Under the pieces are notes generated by a model. That model searched no databases, was not told where the DNA came from, and saw only the letters and a program-made list of their open reading frames with translations. Shown piece after piece: positions 53,813 through 60,258 of a DNA stretch of 64,000 bases. The number at the start of each line of letters is the position of its first letter. The first letter of the stretch is position 1. Location: positions 46,442-110,441 of the forward strand of contig JAVBNN010000023.1 in the NCBI GenBank assembly GCA_031551525.1, in the 5' to 3' direction. The position numbers and the translations under genes are program-made. Source of the stretch: Acidaminococcales bacterium. Its GTDB lineage: Bacteria; Bacillota; Negativicutes; Acidaminococcales; JAISLQ01.

Positions 53813-54028
53813 TCACTTTGCACTAAGCACCGCATTAAAATCGCCCTTTTTCAAAATGCAGGTAATTTTTACCATCTCGCCGTCAGCCGAATCCTCAACA
53901 AAAGATACATTCAAATCCTCAACACTGGTGCGCTTTGCCACAAGCTGCCAGTCCTTTTTTTCTAAAGGCGACTTTTCCACCTTGACACTGCCTGCCCATC
54001 GCCCCTGCGTTAACATCTCAACTTTCAT
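53813..54028 (-). CDS. 71-aa hypothetical early protein
   Basis: Directly downstream of the cro-like gene. No motif recognised. Confidence 0.45.
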   Translation of the reverse strand: MKVEMLTQGRWAGSVKVEKSPLEKKDWQLVAKRTSVEDLNVSFVEDSADGEMVKITCILKKGDFNAVLSAK

Positions 54029-54041
54029 ATTCTCTCTCCTT

Positions 54042-54269
54042 TCAGGCCGTAGTTTTTGCTTGTTTTAACAAATCATTTTTGTTGTTTTCGGCAAAAAAAA
54101 GTAACTCCACTGAAAACCCTGAGTCTTTAGAAATTTCTTTCATAGTCTTTACTGGTGGATTTACCTTACCCTGTTCCCAGTTACTCCAAGTTTGTTGAGT
54201 TACATTGTATTTGTCTGCCATTTCTTGTTGGCTGCGATCTCCGCGATACTTGACTAACATAAAGTTCAT
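54042..54269 (-). CDS. Cro-like XRE-family HTH regulator
   Basis: RSQQEMADKYNVTQQTWSNWEQGKVNP is an HTH_3 motif. Divergent from the repressor gene. GAGGTGA RBS. Confidence 0.8.
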   Translation of the reverse strand: MNFMLVKYRGDRSQQEMADKYNVTQQTWSNWEQGKVNPPVKTMKEISKDSGFSVELLFFAENNKNDLLKQAKTTA

Positions 54270-54290
54270 TTTGCTGTCACCTCGCTTTCA

Positions 54291-54421
54291 ACAAATTTAA
54301 TTTGTTAAGACAAGATTAACACAAATTATTTTTGTTGTAAATAGTTTTTTCACAAATTATTTTTGTGGCTTTCTTTTCACAAATATTTTTTGTATAATAC
54401 AAGTATACAAATTATTTTTGT
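54291..54421. promoter_or_regulatory. Genetic-switch operator array: five 15-bp ACAAAT(T)ATTTTTGT sites
   Basis: Sites at 54291-54305 (ACAAATTTAATTTGT), 54321-54335, 54352-54366, 54379-54393 and 54407-54421. A TATAAT lies at 54393-54398, facing the repressor gene. Confidence 0.75.
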
Positions 54422-54436
54422 TAGGGTGTGTGTATT

Positions 54437-54799
54437 ATGGATTTAGATAGAACGGCCGTTGCAACGGCTCTCAAAAAACTAAGAGAAGAAAAGGAAATGT
54501 CCCAGCAGGAGTTAGCAAATATGCTTGGCAAGACACAGCAGGCTGTCGATGCTTGGGAGCGTGGCCTTGCTGTGCCCGCGCCTAATATGCTTTCGCGCAT
54601 GGCTACTATTTATGATGTTTCCGTAGACTACCTTCTTGGCCGCACCATTGTCCGGCGGCCTATTGAAACTACCGCTGCACATATGACGGACATCGACGGC
54701 GAATTGACGGACACGGAAGAGGCTAGTCTACGGGCATATCTGGCTATTATGCGCCAGCAGGCAAAAGACAAACAGGCGAAACTGCCGCCGGAGAAATGA
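54437..54799 (+). CDS. CI-like XRE-family repressor (no S24 peptidase domain)
   Basis: MSQQELANMLGKTQQAVDAWERGLAVP is an HTH_3 motif. ~120 aa with an acidic C-terminal extension. Confidence 0.8.
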   Translation: MDLDRTAVATALKKLREEKEMSQQELANMLGKTQQAVDAWERGLAVPAPNMLSRMATIYDVSVDYLLGRTIVRRPIETTAAHMTDIDGELTDTEEASLRAYLAIMRQQAKDKQAKLPPEK

Positions 54800-54902
54800 A
54801 CATACACAAAAAATTATGCGAAATGCAGAGAAAAAGTGCAAAAATGACACTTAAAGCTTAATAAATTAACTTAAAGGCATAAAAAACTACTCTTTTCGCT
54901 TT

Positions 54903-54931
54903 ATGACAACAACAATCAAATATGTTACAAT
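54903..54931 (+). promoter_or_regulatory. Strong promoter of the Abi_2 gene
   Basis: ATGACA, 17-nt spacer, TACAAT, with a TG at -15/-14. Confidence 0.65.
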
Positions 54932-54982
54932 GGTCGCAGAGAGATCTGGGAATGAGTTCATACTCACACCCCCAGGCCAACG

Positions 54983-55013
54983 ATAGCCCCTGTACCATTG
55001 GTACGGGGGCTAT
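54983..55013 (+). promoter_or_regulatory. Stable leader hairpin (attenuator or terminator-like) upstream of the Abi_2 RBS
   Basis: ATAGCCCCTGTACC-att-GGTACGGGGGCTAT (14 bp, one G-U) followed by TCGTCTTTCT and then the GGGAGG RBS. Confidence 0.5.
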
Positions 55014-55036
55014 TCGTCTTTCTGGGAGGTTTTATT

Positions 55037-55987
55037 ATGACTGAAAAAGTATTTAAAACTTATGATGAGCAAATTGATCTTTTAGTAAAACGTGGTCTTA
55101 TTGTTGATGATAGAGACAAGGCCATACAAATACTTAAAAAGGAAAATTATTATAATCTTATAAACGGTTATAATGATCTTTTCCTTGCCAATACCCAGCC
55201 GGAGGAATGTTATAAAAAAGGTGCGAATTTTGTTGAAGTATTTGCACTTTATGATTTTGACAGGGTGTTGCGCGAGTTACTTTTGATTGAGCTATTACGC
55301 ATTGAAAAATGTATCCGTACCACAATAACACACGTTTTCTCAAGCCATTATGGACATGATCATCGTACGTATCTTGACCCAGCACATTTTAACACCAGAA
55401 ATGAGGTCAACCAAAAAAACACACAAGAAATTATAGATGACCTGCAAAAGTTAATCCAGTCACATAGCAGTAACCATAAAGCGATTGCCCACTATCTTGA
55501 TAAACATAAATACATCCCCTTGTGGGTATTATCTGCTGTTATAACATTTGGCACTTTGAACAAGTTTTTTACGCAACTGCAATTGGCAAAAAAACAGGAA
55601 ATAACTGCTGCTTTCAATCTTTCTATCAGAGAATTCGAGCCGTTTTTATATATATTATCCAGTTTTAGAAATAAATGTGCCCACGGTGAAAGGATTTATT
55701 ATTACGCAAAAGATGGTGCAAAACCGAGGTTTATTCCGGAACTAAACTATCACCACCGTTTACACATTCCTAAAAACTCCAAAGGCTATAAGTATGGAAC
55801 AAATGATATATTAGCTGTATTGATTACAATGAAGCATTTTATGCCTAAGGATCGTTACGCCACTCTAATTGTAAAAATAGAAGAAATCTTAACAAAACTT
55901 TCTTCGAAGCTTTTTGTTGTAAAAATCGACGAAGTAAACCACATCATGGGCCTCGTACCTAACTGGACAGATTTGAGGAAAATCTAG
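55037..55987 (+). CDS. Abi_2 (AbiD/AbiF-like) abortive infection protein with HEPN-type R-x4-H motif
   Basis: YDEQIDLLVKRGLIV...ENYYNLINGY...LYDFDRVLR...IPLWVLSAVITFGTL...FRNKCAHGERIY has the family hallmarks and RNKCAH. Confidence 0.85.
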   Translation: MTEKVFKTYDEQIDLLVKRGLIVDDRDKAIQILKKENYYNLINGYNDLFLANTQPEECYKKGANFVEVFALYDFDRVLRELLLIELLRIEKCIRTTITHVFSSHYGHDHRTYLDPAHFNTRNEVNQKNTQEIIDDLQKLIQSHSSNHKAIAHYLDKHKYIPLWVLSAVITFGTLNKFFTQLQLAKKQEITAAFNLSIREFEPFLYILSSFRNKCAHGERIYYYAKDGAKPRFIPELNYHHRLHIPKNSKGYKYGTNDILAVLITMKHFMPKDRYATLIVKIEEILTKLSSKLFVVKIDEVNHIMGLVPNWTDLRKI

Positions 55988-56006
55988 AAACATTGGAGCT
56001 TTTACT

Positions 56007-56465
56007 ATGAACTCACTAATCGCCCTTGCCGACCAGGAGAACATTAGCGTTTCATATGACAACGTATTCAAACGCTTTCACACCCTTGGCCTATACAACA
56101 GCGATGGCGCAACACACCAGATAATCCTCGACAACACCCTCAAAAACGACTACCGACTTTGCCGCTGCATTCTCGCCGAAGAACTTGGCCACCACTTCAC
56201 CAGCGTTGGCCCCACCTTCTACAAAGCCGCCAACTTCTGCTTCTGGAAGCTTAACCACATAAAAGCAGAGCTCAAAGCCTTAAAGTGGTCAGCTTTTTAT
56301 CTCATGCCGGAACCTTTGTTGCAGCAAGCCATAAACAGAGAGCATTTTAATATGGGCTATGAATTTGAAGATTACTTTGAAGTAACACCACAACTCTTAA
56401 TTCACCGGCTGCGCTATGTGCCTGACCTTAGCTTTTTGTGCATTAGTGATTTAGCGGAAATGTAA
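56007..56465 (+). CDS. ImmA/IrrE-family (M78) metallopeptidase-like protein with variant EELGH motif
   Basis: The layout is typical of ImmA (QIILDNTL...CRCILAEELGHHF...ELKALKWSAFYLMP), but the first His of HExxH is replaced by Glu. Confidence 0.65.
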   Translation: MNSLIALADQENISVSYDNVFKRFHTLGLYNSDGATHQIILDNTLKNDYRLCRCILAEELGHHFTSVGPTFYKAANFCFWKLNHIKAELKALKWSAFYLMPEPLLQQAINREHFNMGYEFEDYFEVTPQLLIHRLRYVPDLSFLCISDLAEM

Positions 56466-56489
56466 ATACTATACAAAGGGGCTAACAAG

Positions 56490-57044
56490 GTGATTGATAA
56501 TCCAGTGAAAAAATTTTTGTTTTTAGACTACATGAATTACAAGAAAAGGGAAGCGAAAGAAACACAACTCTTTTCTTTATGGATTCATCACAGTGAGCTA
56601 TTATGGACTAACATAAAGTACCTAGTTACCATTTTTCTCGCCTCTATAACTGGCTGGTTTTTCTTGATAGAAAAAGCTAAGGCGCCTGGGGATAAGTACT
56701 ACATGTGTGCTGCTGTGGTATCTCTTCTCTGCCCTATCTTTGTATTTTTTCCATGGCAACTTGGTGTTCGTTGTGTCGATAAACAAAAAGCGATTGAAAA
56801 AAAACTGCCACATATTTTTAATCTTTTTGATGAAATGCCAAACACTGCCATTATGCGCGGGCGTATTATTTATAACCGAATATTTTATACGATAGCCTTT
56901 GTGTGCGCTATATTGCTTGTAATTGCAACAAGTCTGTTAATATGGCCTATAATATGGTCTGTAATATGGTCTTTTACATGCTCCATCCAAAATTTTAAAT
57001 TTATACACAACTTTATAAAAATCATTCTCCCTTTATTTCAGTAA
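56490..57044 (+). CDS. Integral membrane protein (184 aa, 2+2 TM), unknown function
   Basis: GTG start. TM pairs at about aa 45-105 and 135-170. No family recognised. Confidence 0.5.
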   Translation: MIDNPVKKFLFLDYMNYKKREAKETQLFSLWIHHSELLWTNIKYLVTIFLASITGWFFLIEKAKAPGDKYYMCAAVVSLLCPIFVFFPWQLGVRCVDKQKAIEKKLPHIFNLFDEMPNTAIMRGRIIYNRIFYTIAFVCAILLVIATSLLIWPIIWSVIWSFTCSIQNFKFIHNFIKIILPLFQ

Positions 57045-57060
57045 AGAAAGGATCCCCGCC

Positions 57061-57243
57061 ATGATGTTCCCTAAAAAACCAAAATCGCCAGTCCTGCCAG
57101 TTGACCCGGCAGATATTGACGAGCTGGAACGAAGCGTCGTTTCAATAAACGGCAAGCCATACACTGAGACAAGCGAAAAAGAAAAAGCCGCGCTCCGTGA
57201 AGCGCTGGCTGATGAGTGGAGGAAGTATCCGAATAAGGAATAA
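57061..57243 (+). CDS. 60-aa hypothetical protein
   Basis: ATG with an AAAGGA RBS region. The product is hydrophilic and Pro/Glu/Lys-rich. Confidence 0.4.
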   Translation: MMFPKKPKSPVLPVDPADIDELERSVVSINGKPYTETSEKEKAALREALADEWRKYPNKE

Positions 57244-57353
57244 AAAAATTTTGTGGAATATTTTATTGGTTTTTTAAAGTACTAGTTTTCGCCCCAACCG
57301 CTATTTTAGGCCCTTTTTATTGGTTTTTTATTGGTTTTCATTTACAAAAAGGA

Positions 57354-58877
57354 GTGAATTACATCTTGGATTTCAATAAGTTGTCAAGAGAAAATGGCTG
57401 TATAGAATACAAGCTTTGTGCCCATAAACTTCCTGGCACTTTTTGGGAAACTTATTCTGCTTTCGCAAATACCGCTGGCGGCACAATAATACTAGGGGTA
57501 CAAGAAAATGCTCATCACGCGCCTACTATTGAAGGCGTTGTGAATCCTGAAAAAATTATTACTGACCTTTTCAGCACGGCCTCGTCTTTAGAAAAAGTTA
57601 ATCTTAACCTGCTAAAAGAAGAAAACATATCTATAGAAACTAGCGATGATAAAAAATTTATTTGCATTATAATCCCGGAAGCGCCTATGAATAAAAAACC
57701 TGTGTATCTTAAGAAAAACATGAAACTTACGTATATCCGCAAATATGACGGTGATCATATTGCTACAGACGAGGAGCTGCGTGCATTCGTCAGAAATACT
57801 TTTGATAATATTGATAGTGAACTTTTAGATGGTTATGACATAAATGACCTCCACTTTACAAGTATTATTAATTTCAGAACACTTATACAGGAAAGAAATC
57901 CCTCCACAGATTATTCGCAAATGAACCCTACTGATTTTTTACGTCAAATGGGGTTGTTTGGTGAAGACAAAAATGATGGCGGAAAAATAAAACTTACATT
58001 AGGAGGATTATTGTTTTTAGGTAAATATCAATCTATAATAAACAAAATTCCGCATTTTCATTTAGATTATTTTGATAAGCGCGGCAATAGTGAGCGTTGG
58101 CGAGATAGAGTTGCTGCGGGTGATCTTTTATACCCTGAACTTAATGTGTTTTCATACTATTGGACGATTTACAGTAAATTGAAATCCACAATAGAAGAAC
58201 CATTTAAGTTAGACAAAAATATCATTCGTAAATCAGCTATAGAATTAGATGTGGCGTTACGTGAAGCACTAGTAAACATGCTCATTCATGCTGATTATAG
58301 AGAAGCAAGTACTTCATTAACAACTGAAGTACATGATGCATATTATATATTTATAAATCCCGGAATAATGAAAATCTCCCCAAAAGAGTTTTTTACTGGA
58401 GGAATTTCTAAGCCCCGAAACCATGTTTTAACAACTTTATTTCGTAAAATGGGGGTCTCCGAGCGTGCCGGTAGTGGCGGGCCCAAAATATATGATGTTG
58501 TAAATAAAAACCAATTTCGTATGCCAGAACTGGAAACAAACTTGGAAAAAACCATTCTTAAACTATGGGGCGTAGAGTTGGAACATTCTTACCCAGAACT
58601 ATCCGCCAATGCAAAGGCCGTATATTTGGTCTTAAAGGATCCTTCCAATACCTATTCATCTTCACAAATCCAAGACAAAACCAAGTTGAGTAGGCATTAT
58701 TTACGACAAGCACTAAAAGAATTAGAAGATAAGGACTTAATCATAAGAACAGGACAAAAAAAATCTCAGAAATATACTAAAAAAATGTCTAATATAGAGC
58801 TTATTTCCATAATTGACAGAGGATTTAAGCATGCTAAAGATTTATTACTTGCTTACGATAACAAAGAAGATCGGTGA
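57354..58877 (+). CDS. AlbA_2 (Schlafen-like) + HATPase_c_4 + C-terminal wHTH protein
   Basis: N-terminus IEYK...TYSAFANTAGGTIILGV (AlbA_2/divergent AAA). Middle ALREALVNMLIHADYR (RecG-C-like HATPase_c_4). The true start may be the TTG at 57366. Confidence 0.75.
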   Translation: MNYILDFNKLSRENGCIEYKLCAHKLPGTFWETYSAFANTAGGTIILGVQENAHHAPTIEGVVNPEKIITDLFSTASSLEKVNLNLLKEENISIETSDDKKFICIIIPEAPMNKKPVYLKKNMKLTYIRKYDGDHIATDEELRAFVRNTFDNIDSELLDGYDINDLHFTSIINFRTLIQERNPSTDYSQMNPTDFLRQMGLFGEDKNDGGKIKLTLGGLLFLGKYQSIINKIPHFHLDYFDKRGNSERWRDRVAAGDLLYPELNVFSYYWTIYSKLKSTIEEPFKLDKNIIRKSAIELDVALREALVNMLIHADYREASTSLTTEVHDAYYIFINPGIMKISPKEFFTGGISKPRNHVLTTLFRKMGVSERAGSGGPKIYDVVNKNQFRMPELETNLEKTILKLWGVELEHSYPELSANAKAVYLVLKDPSNTYSSSQIQDKTKLSRHYLRQALKELEDKDLIIRTGQKKSQKYTKKMSNIELISIIDRGFKHAKDLLLAYDNKEDR

Positions 58878-58934
58878 CCATGGAAAACTCATTCCATGCC
58901 GACTGTTCCAGCGACAGCCAGCACCAAGGAGCAC

Positions 58935-60050
58935 CACATGACCAAACGCAAACGCCCTAATGGAGAGGGAACCATATATTACGACAAGAAAAAAGACCTC
59001 TGGCGCGCCATGCTGCCGACACCGCTTGGCCGACGCATGACCAAATCCAGCAAAAGCGAAGAAGTAGTCAAGGACTGGTACAACCAGCAGCGCCTGCTTA
59101 TCGGCCGCGGCAAACACATAGAGCCGCACGCTATCACAGTTTTGCAGTGGATAACAGAGTGGCTGGACAGTTATGCCAAAATCAAAGTAAAGCCTCGGAC
59201 ATATGACCGATATGTCAGCATATCCAAACACCTTGCCCCCATTTATCAGGAACGTCTCCTTGCGCTCTCTCCAGCACACCTACAACGCGTTTACAATGGA
59301 ATGCTGAACACTTACTCGCCCCAAACCATAATCTACGTTCACAGCCTCGCACACAACAGCCTGCGGCAAGCCGTACTTAACAACCTAATACACGATAACC
59401 CGGCGGACAAAGTAACCTTACCCAAAAAGACCCGCAAGCCTATAGCCATATACACCCCCGATGAAATCCTTGCCCTGATCGCGGCAGCCGAAAATTACCG
59501 CAATAGCCTAGTCGTCAAACTCACCTACGCCACCGGACTGCGCCTCTCGGAAGTGCTGGCCCTGCGCTGCGAAGATATTAAAGGTAATGATCTTGAAGTA
59601 AATCAAACCGTCCACGAAAGTACCAGCCAAGGCAAATACTACTCGGACACAAAGTCCACCAACTCACGCCGTAAAATACCCATCCCGCAAATCATCGCAA
59701 CGGCCATCGACGAGCACAAACTAAAAACCGGCATACGGCAAGGACTCCTGTTCCTGAATACCCGAAAAACCGGCGAAAGCCCACATAACTACCTAAGCAA
59801 AATCTTCTCAAAAATTCAGGAAGATGCCGGCGCGAAAAAAGGATTTCACTGCCTGCGCCACACACACGCAACCGAACTCCTCAGCTCCGGCATACCCATA
59901 CACGACGTATCGCGTCGCCTTGGCCATGCTAAAGCAAGCTTTACCCTCGATACCTATATCCAATTTATGCCCGCCTCAGATGAACGAATGATAAGTGCGA
60001 TCGACATCCTCTTAAACCTAGACGCCAGAAAAACAAAAACGCCGCAATAG
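58935..60050 (+). CDS. int: Tyrosine recombinase / phage integrase
   Basis: TGLRLSEVLALRCEDI (Arg), HCLRHTHATELL (H-x-x-R), LGHAKASFTLDTYIQF (His and Tyr). AAGGAG RBS at the ATG at 58935. Adjacent to attR. Confidence 0.95.
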   Translation, partial: HMTKRKRPNGEGTIYYDKKKDLWRAMLPTPLGRRMTKSSKSEEVVKDWYNQQRLLIGRGKHIEPHAITVLQWITEWLDSYAKIKVKPRTYDRYVSISKHLAPIYQERLLALSPAHLQRVYNGMLNTYSPQTIIYVHSLAHNSLRQAVLNNLIHDNPADKVTLPKKTRKPIAIYTPDEILALIAAAENYRNSLVVKLTYATGLRLSEVLALRCEDIKGNDLEVNQTVHESTSQGKYYSDTKSTNSRRKIPIPQIIATAIDEHKLKTGIRQGLLFLNTRKTGESPHNYLSKIFSKIQEDAGAKKGFHCLRHTHATELLSSGIPIHDVSRRLGHAKASFTLDTYIQFMPASDERMISAIDILLNLDARKTKTPQ

Positions 60051-60082
60051 CTTAAAAACTACTGCGACGTTTTTTATTTTTT
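60039..60082 (+). terminator. Terminator after int
   Basis: ACGCCGCA...TGCGACGT stem (one mismatch) followed by TTTTTTATTTTTT. Confidence 0.5.
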
Positions 60083-60088
60083 GTTTAC

Positions 60089-60110
60089 GTTGCACACCCG
60101 GTTGCACACC
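60089..60110 (+). promoter_or_regulatory. Tandem GTTGCACACC repeats (candidate integrase arm-type sites, attR side)
   Basis: cGTTGCACACCC gGTTGCACACCC, in the same orientation and with the same sequence as 13536-13557. Confidence 0.6.
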
Positions 60111-60129
60111 CGAAACCTTGAAGGCATTG

Positions 60130-60202
60130 AGCCACCAACATGAATTTAACCTGCGACCAACGCATTACGAATGCGTTGCTCTACCGGCTGAGCTATGGTG
60201 GC
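60130..60202 (-). tRNA. tRNA-Thr (anticodon CGT) whose 3' half is prophage-derived (attR)
   Basis: Manual cloverleaf: acceptor GCCACCA/TGGTGGC, D-arm GCTC-AGCCGGTA-GAGC, anticodon arm ACGCA-TTCGTAA-TGCGT. The T-arm GCAGG-TTAAATT-CATGT has a G52-A62 mismatch and A56. No CCA is encoded. Confidence 0.85.
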
Positions 60203-60258
60203 GATATGGAAACATTTTATCCCCAAAGAGCGTTGTTGTCAACTTTAAAGTACCGCAG

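Larger units (their letters stand above)
13400..60172. mobile_element. Integrated temperate prophage (~46.7 kb), podovirus-like, in tRNA-Thr(CGU)
   Basis: Bounded by 44-bp imperfect direct repeats derived from the tRNA 3' half, with the integrase adjacent to attR. Lysogeny, replication, packaging, head, tail and lysis modules are all present. Confidence 0.9.

Noticed and set aside
58845-59279. 144-aa minus-strand ORF
   Set aside because: It is antisense to the 5' part of the integrase gene, and the integrase frame has all the catalytic motifs.
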